DNA of 64,000 bases. It comes from Candidatus Latescibacterota bacterium (GTDB lineage Bacteria; Latescibacterota; UBA2968; UBA8231). Where the stretch lies: positions 832,001-896,000 of the forward strand of contig CBDCDC010000002.1 in assembly GCA_965215195.1 (NCBI GenBank). The letters run 5' to 3'. Numbering within the stretch: the first letter of the stretch is position 1; every line of letters begins with the position of its first letter. This document shows positions 9,361-18,509 of the stretch, piece by piece. A program made the position numbers and the translations under genes. The notes beneath the pieces are model-generated. The model had not been told where the DNA came from, did not search any database, and saw only the letters and a list, made by a program, of their open reading frames with translations.

Positions 9361-10362
9361 ATGACAGAAAATGATGCACTCGTCCCCAACAAGATATACC
9401 ACGGCGACTCGCGGCAGCTTCTAAAGAGAATTGAGCGAGAATCCATTGCCCTGAGTGTATGGTCGCCTCCCTATTACGTCGGCAAAGAATACGAACGAGA
9501 TTTGTCTTTTGCCGATTGGCAAAAACTCTTGCGCGATGTGATCGAACTGCACTTCCCCATCATTAAGCGAGGTGGCTTTTTGGTGATAAACATCGCCGAT
9601 ATACTGTGCTTCAAGGACGAGAGTATGCCGAAAATCATGGCAGAAAACATTTCGCGCAGAAAGATCGCCTTGACAAAAGAGGACATTCTCGAGGTTAAAC
9701 AGCAGCATCCCGATTGGAACCGCTACCAACTCGCAGCACACTTTGGATGCAGCGAACAAACGATTGACCGTCGCCTCAACGGCAACAACATTCGCGGCGG
9801 AAAGTACCAACTCCAAACAAGGGTTTATCTAGTTGGCGGCTTGATAGAATCATCCGCAACAGACGCTGGCTTTTATTTGTACGATCGGCGCTTATGGATA
9901 AAAGACGCCGCTTGGGAAAACTCGCGTTGGCACACCATATCGTACCGCTCGGTAGATGAGTCCGAATACCTGTACATCTTTTGGAAACCGGGTATAACGA
10001 AAGTGGATAGATCGCGGCTTGCAAAAAAAGAATGGGTCGATTGGGGTTCGAGAGGAGTATGGGAAATCCCCTCCGTCCGCAGCAATTCAGATCACGATTC
10101 TAAGTTCCCCATCGAGCTGCCGCGGCGAGCCATCAAGCTATTTACCGATCTAGGCGACATCGTTCTCGATTGCTTTGTGGGCAGCGGCACGACGGCCTTG
10201 GCCGCTCTGAGCGAAGGAAGGCGATACATCGGCATCGACAAGGAAAAGCAGTCGGTAGCTATTGCAAACGCCGCGCTACAATCGTTTAGCACCTATCAAA
10301 AAGATCCTGAGCAGATGGAGTTCATGCTGCGGGATTTAGAGGCGTTCTATCAAACACAATGA
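9361..10362 (+). CDS. N4-cytosine DNA methyltransferase (beta class), M.BglI-like, with internal HTH
   Basis: SVWSPPY catalytic motif; LDCFVGSGTT SAM motif; CSEQTIDRRLNGNNIRGGKY and WASRG-like WGSRG segments closely match my recollection of M.BglI; looks lower in GC than flanks. Confidence 0.88.
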   Translation: MTENDALVPNKIYHGDSRQLLKRIERESIALSVWSPPYYVGKEYERDLSFADWQKLLRDVIELHFPIIKRGGFLVINIADILCFKDESMPKIMAENISRRKIALTKEDILEVKQQHPDWNRYQLAAHFGCSEQTIDRRLNGNNIRGGKYQLQTRVYLVGGLIESSATDAGFYLYDRRLWIKDAAWENSRWHTISYRSVDESEYLYIFWKPGITKVDRSRLAKKEWVDWGSRGVWEIPSVRSNSDHDSKFPIELPRRAIKLFTDLGDIVLDCFVGSGTTALAALSEGRRYIGIDKEKQSVAIANAALQSFSTYQKDPEQMEFMLRDLEAFYQTQ

Positions 10363-11231
10363 ACATCCTCAACTTCGGCTCGCTCAACATCGACCTCGTG
10401 TACCAAGTCGAGCATATCGCCTGCCCGGGCGAGACCATCGCCAGCTCGGCGCACCAAGTCTTTGCCGGTGGCAAGGGCGCGAACCAATCAGCAGCCCTAG
10501 CCCGCGCTGGCGCGAGCGTCTTTCACGCCGGCCAAGTCGGGCCAGACGGGCCATGGCTGGTCGATAAATTGGCCGGACTAGGCGTGGACGTGCAGCACAT
10601 CCGCTTCAGCGACACCCCCACCGGCCACGCCATTATCCAAGTTGACCGCCACGGCCAAAACAGCATCGTCCTCTTTGCCGGGGCCAATGCCCAAATAGAT
10701 AGAGGGGCCATAGATGCGACCCTATCCCACTTTGGCGCGGGCGACATCGTACTGCTACAAAACGAAATAAACGACGTCCCGTATATCATGGCCGCAGCCG
10801 CCAAACGGGAGCTACGCATCTGCTTAAACCCCGCGCCCTGCGGCCCAAAGGTGCGCGATTACCCGCTCGATCTCGTCCATTGGCTCGTGGTCAACCAAAC
10901 CGAGGCCCAAAGCCTCGTCGACGAGGAGACCCCCGAGCAGGCACTTGCCGCAATCGCTGCTGCCTATCCACGCGCCGCAATCGTCCGCACCCTCGGCGCA
11001 GCCGGTGTCCACTACCACACCCACCGCGAGGCATTCCACCTCCCAGCACCGCAGGTCGAAGCGGTAGATACGACCGGGGCGGGAGACACTTTCATCGGCT
11101 ATTTTCTCGCGGGCTTAGCCGCCGACATGACGGCGCACGAGGCCATGGCCCGCGCAGTACAGGCCGCGGCCTTGTGCGTCACCCGCCCGGGGGCCATGGA
11201 TTCGATTCCAGCCGCAGCCGAGCTAGCTTGA
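10359..11231 (+). CDS. rbsK: Ribokinase (PfkB family)
   Basis: GSLNID, GGKGANQ, LLQNEI, DTTGAGDTF. Confidence 0.88.
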   Translation: MNILNFGSLNIDLVYQVEHIACPGETIASSAHQVFAGGKGANQSAALARAGASVFHAGQVGPDGPWLVDKLAGLGVDVQHIRFSDTPTGHAIIQVDRHGQNSIVLFAGANAQIDRGAIDATLSHFGAGDIVLLQNEINDVPYIMAAAAKRELRICLNPAPCGPKVRDYPLDLVHWLVVNQTEAQSLVDEETPEQALAAIAAAYPRAAIVRTLGAAGVHYHTHREAFHLPAPQVEAVDTTGAGDTFIGYFLAGLAADMTAHEAMARAVQAAALCVTRPGAMDSIPAAAELA

Positions 11232-11280
11232 GCCGAATTTCTGGGAATTTCGCCAGTCACCTTAAATCAAGGAAATACCC

Positions 11281-12264
11281 ATGCCGAACATCATGCTCAC
11301 CGCCCAATTCGCCAACGCCGAATTCGCTTCCAGCCAGCGCGAACAGGGCCTCGAAAAGCTCCGCTCCCTCGGCACCCTCATCCCGGAGCCAGCCGTGCTC
11401 ACGGCCGAACACGCCCCCGGGCTAATCGCCTCTATTGCCAGTTCATCGGTCTATACGGACGAATTTTACGCAGCGGCCGAGGATTTGCGCATCGTCGCCC
11501 GCTGGGGCGTTGGCTTTGACAAGGTCAATGTCCCGGGGGCCACGCGCTATGGCGTGATCGTCACCGTGACGCCGGTCCACATGGACGCGGTCGCCGAATA
11601 CGCCATTGCCCAGTGGATGGCCACCCTCAAGCGGGTCTATACCCTCAATCACCTCTCCCACCGCGGCGACTTCTCCATCATCCGCACCTATGAGGCCCAA
11701 TACACCACCCTCGGCCTGTACGGCTGCGGTCGCATCGGCCAAGAGGTGGCCCAGCGCGCCGTGCCGCTTCTCGGGGCCGGCGGTCGCCTGCTCGTGTACG
11801 ACACCCGACCCGACATCGCCGCCATCGCCGCCCAATACGGGGCCGAAGTCGCCGACTCGCCCCAAGCGCTCTTTCGCGAGTGCGACACCATCTCGCTCCA
11901 CGTCTCGGGCGACGACACCATCGTCGGCTACGACCTGCTCAGCTTGATGCAGCCCCATGCCTCGCTGATCAATCCCTCGCGGGGCAATCTCGTCAATGAC
12001 GCGGACGTCCACCGCGCCATCGAGGAGGAAAAGCTCTACTACTACGTGGTTGACGATCCAGTCGACGACACCCGCGCCATTCACAAGGATCACCCGCGCA
12101 TCATCTGCACCAACCACAACGCCGGCATCACGGTCGAATCCACCATGCGCCTCGACGCCAAAAGCATTGAGCAAGTCGAAGCGGCCATTGCCGGCCGCCA
12201 GCCCGAATACATCCTCAACCGAGAGGTCCTCGACCATCCACGAGTCAAGGCATGGCTGCGATGA
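11281..12264 (+). CDS. D-isomer 2-hydroxyacid dehydrogenase family protein
   Basis: ARWGVGFDKV, GLYGCGRIG, INPSRG, NHNAG. Confidence 0.85.
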   Translation: MPNIMLTAQFANAEFASSQREQGLEKLRSLGTLIPEPAVLTAEHAPGLIASIASSSVYTDEFYAAAEDLRIVARWGVGFDKVNVPGATRYGVIVTVTPVHMDAVAEYAIAQWMATLKRVYTLNHLSHRGDFSIIRTYEAQYTTLGLYGCGRIGQEVAQRAVPLLGAGGRLLVYDTRPDIAAIAAQYGAEVADSPQALFRECDTISLHVSGDDTIVGYDLLSLMQPHASLINPSRGNLVNDADVHRAIEEEKLYYYVVDDPVDDTRAIHKDHPRIICTNHNAGITVESTMRLDAKSIEQVEAAIAGRQPEYILNREVLDHPRVKAWLR

Positions 12265-13391
12265 AAATAACTCGCTTCGACGTTACGCCGCTCAACAACC
12301 GCGGCCTCTTGCTGCAAGTCGCAACCGACGCCGGCCTCACAGGTCTGGGCGCACCCATGAACTACGAACACGGCCGCACAGTGGCGCGGGCCATCCTCGA
12401 CATGGGCGATTACCTGATCGGCCGCGATCCCCTGCAGATCGAAGACCACTGGCAGACCCTCTACCGCTCCAGCTATTCCCGCCAGATGCCGATCCTGTTG
12501 GCGGCCCTCAGCGGCATAGAAATGGCCTGCCTAGACCTATTGGGCAAAACCGCCGGCCTACCCGTGTGGCAGCTATTGGGCGGAGCGGTGCGCGAGAGAA
12601 TTCGCGTCTATGGAGCGGCCGGGGGCACCACCCCGGAGCAAGCCGCCCAAGCCGCTCGCCAGCGCGTCGCAGAAGGCTTTACAGCGCTCAAAACCACCCC
12701 CTTCCCCGACCCGGTGCGCCCCATCGAAACCCCAGCGGGGATCGACCGGGTCTTGTCCCTGATTGCGGCCATGCGCGAAGCCGTCGGCCCCGCCATCGAC
12801 CTCGCCATTGACTTCCACCGCGCCACCAGCCCGGCGTTGGCCAAAGTGCTCCTGCGCGAACTCGAGCCCCTAAGGCCGCTCTTCGTGGAGGAGCCGACCC
12901 GTTCCACCGACAATGTCGGCCCGCTGCTGGAGCTGACGCGCTCGACCTCCATCCCCATCGCCACGGGCGAGCGCTGCGCCACTCGCTGGGGCTTCCGCCA
13001 ATTGTGCGAACGCAAGGCCGCGGCCATCATCCAACCCGATATCCGCCACTGCGGCGGCCTACTCGAAATGAAGAAAATTGCCGCCCTAGCCGAAGTTCAC
13101 GAGATCGCGATCGCGCCCCACAACGCGGCCGATCCCCTCGGCATCGTTGCCTCAATACACGCGATGGCCGGCACCCCCAACTTCCTCATCATGGAGTACA
13201 GTGGCGGTGGCGGCGCAGGGTTTTTCACCAACCCTTTGCAAATGCAGGATGGATTTGTGGAATTGCCGCGCGGGCCGGGGCTGGGCGTGGAGATCGACCC
13301 AGAGGGGTTAGAGGCGGCTACCCACCGCGGCCCTTGGCGGCAGCGAACGATGCGCCGCCACCCGGAGGACGGCGCATTCGCGGATTTTTAG
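12261..13391 (+). CDS. Galactonate dehydratase-like enolase superfamily enzyme
   Basis: LSGIEMA, GGAVRERIRVY, IDFH, FVEEP, IATGER, IIQPD, APHN. Confidence 0.88.
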   Translation: MKITRFDVTPLNNRGLLLQVATDAGLTGLGAPMNYEHGRTVARAILDMGDYLIGRDPLQIEDHWQTLYRSSYSRQMPILLAALSGIEMACLDLLGKTAGLPVWQLLGGAVRERIRVYGAAGGTTPEQAAQAARQRVAEGFTALKTTPFPDPVRPIETPAGIDRVLSLIAAMREAVGPAIDLAIDFHRATSPALAKVLLRELEPLRPLFVEEPTRSTDNVGPLLELTRSTSIPIATGERCATRWGFRQLCERKAAAIIQPDIRHCGGLLEMKKIAALAEVHEIAIAPHNAADPLGIVASIHAMAGTPNFLIMEYSGGGGAGFFTNPLQMQDGFVELPRGPGLGVEIDPEGLEAATHRGPWRQRTMRRHPEDGAFADF

Positions 13392-13503
13392 ACTCACTGA
13401 CGTTACGCAGTCTTTGCCTTCGCCGGGCAGACTCTTACGCCCGCTTGACTACCGTTGTACAGCGTCACAATGTCGGATGTACTCTCACAGAATGGAGGAT
13501 GTC

Positions 13504-13707
13504 ATGACTATGCCAAGCGAGATAATTTTTGTAGTAGAAGGCGGCTACGACGCCAAGGCGTTGGGCTACGGCATCTTCACGCAGGGGCAGGATTGGGCCG
13601 CCCTGAAGTCCATGGTGAAAGACGCCGTACTCTGTCACTTCGACGCTGACGACGCGCCCAAAGTAATCCGGCTGCATCTGGTCAAGGACGAGGTTATCGC
13701 GGTATGA
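13504..13707 (+). CDS. Small HicB-like antitoxin, possibly with a short internal deletion
   Basis: GGAGG RBS; SEIIFVVEGGYDAKALG..IFTQ..VKDAVLCHFD..PKVIRLH; homologues usually read VEExPEGGY; ATGA overlap with next gene. Confidence 0.65.
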   Translation: MTMPSEIIFVVEGGYDAKALGYGIFTQGQDWAALKSMVKDAVLCHFDADDAPKVIRLHLVKDEVIAV

Positions 13708-13896
13708 GACTGCCCCGCGACCTATCCGGCGATGACTTGGCCGGATTGCTCTATGGCTATCGGCTCATTCGGTAAAGGGGCAGTCATATGTCCAAGGTAC
13801 GGAGCATAGCGTGCCTATCCCGCGTCACCGCCAAGTGAATGTGGTGTCCGATGTCGCTGAATATCTCGGACTGACCCAATGTTGTTTGGCAATTAG
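13704..13896 (+). pseudogene. hicA: HicA toxin pseudogene
   Basis: MRLPRDLSGDDLAGLLYGYRLIR-stop-RGSHM, then in another frame EHSVPIPRHRQVNV..SDVAEYLG; premature TAA plus frameshift. Confidence 0.75.
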
Positions 13897-14104
13897 AGCA
13901 GGACTGCCGACGTGGTCACTAGGCTTTATGAGCTTACCACCTGCTGAATCCGTCGCCGGCTTCTTCTAGCTGTGCATCCTGCTGGCCTTGACCATGCAGG
14001 ACTACTACACGTGCGGCTGGGGCGAGGAAGCACCGGTAGAATTTTTGCAGGAGGCTTGGATCATGGATAATCCACTGGAGCTATGCGGTCGAGAAATGGA
14101 GAGG

Positions 14105-14312
14105 CTACAAACGCTCCCAAATTGTCCGACTGACACCGGCCTGCTCCAAAAAGCCCACGTCCAATGTCGCCACGATGTGGGTTGGGCAGGACAAGACGTG
14201 TCTTCTCTCGGACCATATACTGATGCTTTCCCCCAGAATAGGGGCCTTCAAATCCCAGTTTCCTCAAATAGCGAATAAGATCGCGGCGACCAATCGGCCC
14301 AAATTCGGGCAT
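14105..14312 (-). pseudogene. hicA: HicA toxin, frameshifted near the C-terminus
   Basis: MPEFGPIGRRDLIRYLRKLGFEGPYSGGKHQYM..LPNPHRGDIGRGL; the expected tail LEQAGVSRTIWERL* lies in another frame ending at 14105. Confidence 0.78.
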
Positions 14313-14551
14313 TACACTAGCTCGGGCGCTCCATCCAAGCGCAACCCACCCACTTCTGGAAGCGGATGGTTCATTCTCAATCCGAGGATGACCCAGCCTT
14401 CAAGCACGGATTGCAATTCTTCGCGGCACTGTTCCAAGGTATCCGCATTTGCATACACGCCTTGAAATCCGACAATTTCTCCATAGAACGTTTGATTGTC
14501 GAGGCTCTCGTATGTCGCGTGTCTCATCGCCGCTTGGATATATGGGGCCAT
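14312..14551 (-). CDS. hicB: HicB antitoxin with its native N-terminus replaced by an ankyrin remnant
   Basis: YIQAAMRHATYE..YGEIVGFQGVYANADTLEQCREELQSVLEGWVILGLRMNHPLP; TAATG overlap with hicA. Confidence 0.78.
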   Translation of the reverse strand: MAPYIQAAMRHATYESLDNQTFYGEIVGFQGVYANADTLEQCREELQSVLEGWVILGLRMNHPLPEVGGLRLDGAPELV

Positions 14552-14650
14552 TCTGAGAAAATCTGCCACCTCTTGATGGCCACCCGCTTCGGCCAACATC
14601 AAGGCGGTCTCGTCGGAGTCATTTTTGGCATCGACATCGGCCCCTTTGCA
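14546..14650 (-). pseudogene. Ankyrin-repeat gene fragment
   Basis: KGADVDAKNDSDETALMLAEAGGHQEVADFLR is one canonical ankyrin repeat, in frame with hicB. Confidence 0.72.
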
Positions 14651-14841
14651 AACTTTTGGGCATCTACCTCTTGCCATATTTCTTTACCTAATCCACGTAA
14701 TTCCAGAATACTCCGTTTTTTGGGATCCTGTTGGGCGATGAGGACCAAATTATGAACCGTCATTTCTAACAGGCGCAGACGCTCTGCCGTAGGCAACGGT
14801 TTGACATATTTCTCATAGACGTCTTCCAAGTGATCCGCCAT
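14599..14841 (-). pseudogene. Truncated antitoxin-like small protein
   Basis: AAGGAGA RBS; KRSILELRGLGKEIWQEVDAQ resembles small partners of PIN toxins; breaks into ankyrin-derived sequence near 14650. Confidence 0.55.
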
Positions 14842-14927
14842 ACCATCTCCTTGCTCTACTATAAATGATCCTCGTAAAGTCCTTTGCGGCTAACCGCGTA
14901 ATCGGATAATAGGGGGCAACCGGGCCT

Positions 14928-15293
14928 TTACGCAATGTCGCGGATGAGCACCAAGATCGCCGCTTGCGGCACGACGATGAACTTCTCGTCGTCGAACTTG
15001 ATTTCCACTGCATCTTTGCGCAGGAAAATGGCGTGGTCGCCCTTTTTGGCCTGAAGACCGATGTAGCGCATCTGCTCGCCTCCCTCTTGGTCCCAAGGCA
15101 CGCCGTCGTCATCGGCGGTCGGCGGCAGGGGAACGCCCGGTCCCACCTCTTCGACGCGCCCGCTTTGTACATTCTCCTTTTCCAAGGCGGTCGGCGGTAA
15201 ATAAAGCCCCACAGCCGTGCGCTCTTCCATGTCGTCAACCCGGATGAGCACGCGGTCGCCGACTACGTACAGTTCCTTGTCGCCCCTAATCAT
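14928..15293 (-). CDS. Co-chaperonin GroES family protein (stand-alone)
   Basis: VVGDRVLI, TAVGLYLP, GRVEEVGPG; GGAGGA RBS; no groEL adjacent. Confidence 0.85.
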   Translation of the reverse strand: MIRGDKELYVVGDRVLIRVDDMEERTAVGLYLPPTALEKENVQSGRVEEVGPGVPLPPTADDDGVPWDQEGGEQMRYIGLQAKKGDHAIFLRKDAVEIKFDDEKFIVVPQAAILVLIRDIA

Positions 15294-15315
15294 CTGCTTC
15301 TGTCCTCCTCCTGCG

Positions 15316-16530
15316 TTAAGACGCCAGCCGCAAACACTCGCTGTAGCGAGCGAAGCACTCCCCCTCCGCCTCTTGTGGATCGACGTACTTGAGCCAAAGG
15401 GCACTGTCCTTCTTGTCGCCGCTGAGCTCGCGGCGGCTGCCCAGATGGCTCGGATCGACGCCGTTCCACACCACTTGGCCGTCCTGTAGGTAGATGAACT
15501 GCCCGCCATAGCGGCCGATCAATTGATCCTGTTGATCTTGGTAGATCAGCCCCTGTTCGCAGGTGGTGCGCCGCCAATTGGCCACTGTGGCGTCTGAGTC
15601 CGTAGATACCGAGTCAAATTCGGCCAGCGGAGCCGCGACCTCGCTGGCAAAGTCGATCTCGTGCAAATCCACCGTGCCAAAGCCGCGCTCGGCGGCGATC
15701 AGTAGGTGGTTGCGGTCGCGGCGGAAAGGCGGGGTCGGCCAATCGGCTTGGGGATCGTGGCCCATCAAGGTCATGCCGCAGGCATCGGTCGCCACTACGT
15801 GATCGCCGGCCATCAAGGCATTGCAAATCCGGCCCTCGCCGCCCCATTCGCGGCCCCATTGGCCGGTGAGGGCCTCGACGATGTTGAGGCAGGGCTTGGT
15901 AATCAGGCCCAAGTCCGGCAGGACGTAGGAAAGCCGGATTATGTGGTGGTAATACGACCGCGTCCGCCCTTCCGGCGGGATCATCGGCGGCAGGCCAAAG
16001 AGGTTTTTCAGGGTCAAGGTAATGCCCATAAAGGCGTGATTCTTCATCTTGGCGATGGAGACCACCTCATCGGCCTCGGCAACAACCGCGTTGAGCACGT
16101 AGTGATCGAACATGCAGCCGCCACCGGGCACGGCCAAGGTAGTAAAGGGCGGCAAATTGCCATCGACAAAGCGGACGCCAAACTCGTCTAGCAAGTAGCG
16201 GTAGTTAAAATCGTCCGGGGTCACATAGCCATTGCCGTAGGGATAGGTATCTACGGCCACGAGCTCAGCCGTCGTCCGCTCCCGCAGCAGGCGCAACACC
16301 GCACGGGCCACCGCGTCATCGACCAACTCCCGGCGACGACCCGCAAAATACTCAATGCGCTGCGGCGGCTTAATCATGTTGAACTTCAGCGCAATCCGCC
16401 GCGCCTTGGCCAACTTCTCCCACGAGCGTTTTAGCGGTTCGGTAGTGCGCTTGAGCACTTGATATATTTCCTCGTCGCTCGCCCGATGGTCGCAATGCGA
16501 AGCTCTGACTTTGTACTGTTTGTCGCTCAT
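15316..16530 (-). CDS. DUF362 domain protein
   Basis: ALKFNM, SIAKMKNH, TLTLKNLFG, DHVVATDA; AAGGAG RBS. Confidence 0.85.
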   Translation of the reverse strand: MSDKQYKVRASHCDHRASDEEIYQVLKRTTEPLKRSWEKLAKARRIALKFNMIKPPQRIEYFAGRRRELVDDAVARAVLRLLRERTTAELVAVDTYPYGNGYVTPDDFNYRYLLDEFGVRFVDGNLPPFTTLAVPGGGCMFDHYVLNAVVAEADEVVSIAKMKNHAFMGITLTLKNLFGLPPMIPPEGRTRSYYHHIIRLSYVLPDLGLITKPCLNIVEALTGQWGREWGGEGRICNALMAGDHVVATDACGMTLMGHDPQADWPTPPFRRDRNHLLIAAERGFGTVDLHEIDFASEVAAPLAEFDSVSTDSDATVANWRRTTCEQGLIYQDQQDQLIGRYGGQFIYLQDGQVVWNGVDPSHLGSRRELSGDKKDSALWLKYVDPQEAEGECFARYSECLRLAS

Positions 16531-16652
16531 GGAACGCTCCTTTGGGGCCTTTGCACTGTGCGTACTAGGTGGTATATTGAAAAAACATATTGTGCGACTC
16601 TTCCCTGTCAAGCGAACCGTCCCTCCCCCTCATCCACAGCAAAGGGCATCCC

Positions 16653-17480
16653 ATGAGACCGCTGGTCCTGTTCCACGCAGGCTGCAACGACGGCTTCTGT
16701 GCCGCGTGGATCTACCGCCGCTATGTCAACCCGCATGCCGAGTTTAAGGCGGTTCAGTACAACACCGACCCGCCGGCTACGGCCGGCCGCGACGTCGTCA
16801 TCCTCGACTTCAGCTACGAGCGGACGCAGCTCATGGAGATGCACGACCACGCCCGCTCGCTCTTGGTTTTGGACCACCACGAGACGGCCGCACATGCCTT
16901 AGCCGGCCTCCCCTACTGCGTATTCGCCGAAGACAAGTCTGGGGCGCGCATGACTTGGGAATACTTTTTCGACCCCCGCTCTCAGGTCCGTGCCGACGAC
17001 GTTCCCTGGCTGGTGGCCTATACCGAAGACCGCGACCTGTGGCGGTGGGCCTTGCCCGATTCCAAGGCCGTCAACGCCGCCCTCGCCTCGTACTCACGCG
17101 ACTTTGCCGTGTGGGACAAAATCGCCGAAAAAGGGCCGCAAGCTCTCGCCGTGGAAGGCCAAGCTATCCTCCGCTTCCAACACCGGCTCATCCGGCCGCG
17201 CGTCCGCTATCACGGTTGGACCACCATTAGCGGGTTTCGCGTACCCATTACCAATGCCACGTTTTTCGCTTCTGAAATCGGCAATGCCCTCGCCGAAGGG
17301 CATCCTTTTTCCGCGGTGTTCTTCGTCCGCCCGGACAGCAAGGTCGTGTACAATCTGCGTTCCAAAGGGGATGCGGCCGCAGATGTGGGTCGCATAGCGC
17401 GCACTTACGGCGGCGGCGGGCACAAACACGCGGCCGCTTTTACCCTAGAGACCATGTTGCCGATGGAAGCTGGTGCATAA
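16653..17480 (+). CDS. DHH/DHHA1 family phosphoesterase
   Basis: HAGCNDGF, ILDFSY, LDHHETA, EDRDLW, YGGGGHKHAAAF. Confidence 0.88.
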   Translation: MRPLVLFHAGCNDGFCAAWIYRRYVNPHAEFKAVQYNTDPPATAGRDVVILDFSYERTQLMEMHDHARSLLVLDHHETAAHALAGLPYCVFAEDKSGARMTWEYFFDPRSQVRADDVPWLVAYTEDRDLWRWALPDSKAVNAALASYSRDFAVWDKIAEKGPQALAVEGQAILRFQHRLIRPRVRYHGWTTISGFRVPITNATFFASEIGNALAEGHPFSAVFFVRPDSKVVYNLRSKGDAAADVGRIARTYGGGGHKHAAAFTLETMLPMEAGA

Positions 17481-18281
17481 ATGACCCCGGAACAGCGCTA
17501 TCTATTCGACATCAACGGCTATTTGCATCTCCCCGACGTGCTCAGCGATGGCGAACTAGCGGCCGCCCGAGCAGCCATAGCTCGCTATATGGCCACGCCC
17601 GACCACGAGCTGCCCGAGGGCTTTTCCCGCTCGGACGACGGCAAGTCCTACGCCAACGGCTTTGCTTTCGACAAGGTGCTCGAATCCCTGATCTTCCACC
17701 CGACCCTGTGGCCCATCATCAAAGAATTCACCCACGACCGGCCCGCTTTTAGCCGGGGAACCCTGTTGGTAGATAGCCATCGGCACGAGCCGCTGCGTCT
17801 GCACTGTGCCCGCGAGGACTTTGGCTGGCAAAGCACGCGCTACGACACCCGCGAGGACCGCATCTTCTGCGACGACTTCGTCATCTTCCCCTATTTTGAC
17901 GACGTCTTCCCGGGCGACGGCGGCTTGTTGGTGGTCCCAGGCTCGCACAAAGCGGCGTTTGCGCGACCGCCCAGCCTATTCAACGGCGGCGTCACCGCCC
18001 AGCTAAAGGATTTGCCCGTTGGGGTTGTCAATGTGACGCCGCGAGCCGGAGACGCCGTGGTAATGACGGAAATGCTGGCCCACGGAACGTTGCAATGGAA
18101 GCCCAAGGACCGCCTGCGCCGCACCCTAGTGTTGCGCTACCGACCCCAATTCAAGGGGCAAGCCGCGGTCCCAGAAGTCCTCTGCGATCGCTTGTCGCCG
18201 CAAACTATAGAGCTGATGGCCCCAGCTCACTACACCCATGTCAAGGAAGTCGTCAAGGAGGACGTGGTGCGGCTCACTTAA
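17481..18281 (+). CDS. Phytanoyl-CoA dioxygenase (PhyH) family protein
   Basis: MTPEQRYLFDINGYL, VVPGSHK, AGDAVV..LAHGT. Confidence 0.85.
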   Translation: MTPEQRYLFDINGYLHLPDVLSDGELAAARAAIARYMATPDHELPEGFSRSDDGKSYANGFAFDKVLESLIFHPTLWPIIKEFTHDRPAFSRGTLLVDSHRHEPLRLHCAREDFGWQSTRYDTREDRIFCDDFVIFPYFDDVFPGDGGLLVVPGSHKAAFARPPSLFNGGVTAQLKDLPVGVVNVTPRAGDAVVMTEMLAHGTLQWKPKDRLRRTLVLRYRPQFKGQAAVPEVLCDRLSPQTIELMAPAHYTHVKEVVKEDVVRLT

Positions 18282-18304
18282 ATCGAAATGCTGCAAAGCC
18301 AACC

Positions 18305-18342
18305 AAAACAGGCACCTGCGATGAGCGCAAGTGCCTGTTTTT
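18305..18342. terminator. Bidirectional intrinsic terminator
   Basis: AAAACAGGCAC..TGCG / CGCA..GTGCCTGTTTT hairpin between convergent phyH and tRNA-Lys. Confidence 0.75.
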
Positions 18343-18418
18343 TGGTGAGCCCACTGGGAATCGAACCCAGGACCTACGGATTAAAAGTCCGGTGCTCTAC
18401 CAGCTGAGCTATAGGCTC
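18343..18418 (-). tRNA. tRNA-Lys (UUU)
   Basis: GAGCCTATAGCTCAGCTGGTAGAGCACCGGACTTTTAATCCG...GGTTCGATTCC...GGGCTCACCA; 76 nt; encoded CCA. Confidence 0.97.
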
Positions 18419-18509
18419 TATCAGGGTTGTATTAAAAAAAAATACGCGGTTTGCGCATCCATTGCAAGGCTTCTACTGGAGACCGCGGCCTAGCGATCTG
18501 CCAATAAAC

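Noticed and set aside
8716-10362. 548-aa ORF suggesting a long N-terminal extension on the methylase
   Set aside because: The first 215 codons are an alternate frame of the aldolase gene (P/A/S/R-rich); MTase similarity begins at ATG 9361
13930-14070. Possible RelE/Gp49 toxin scrap on the minus strand (FYRCFLAPAARVVVLHG)
   Set aside because: Too short and degenerate to support without a search
18343-18418. tRNA-Lys or tRNA-Tyr as an island integration site
   Set aside because: Both are followed directly by terminators; no duplicated tRNA 3' end or integrase was seen
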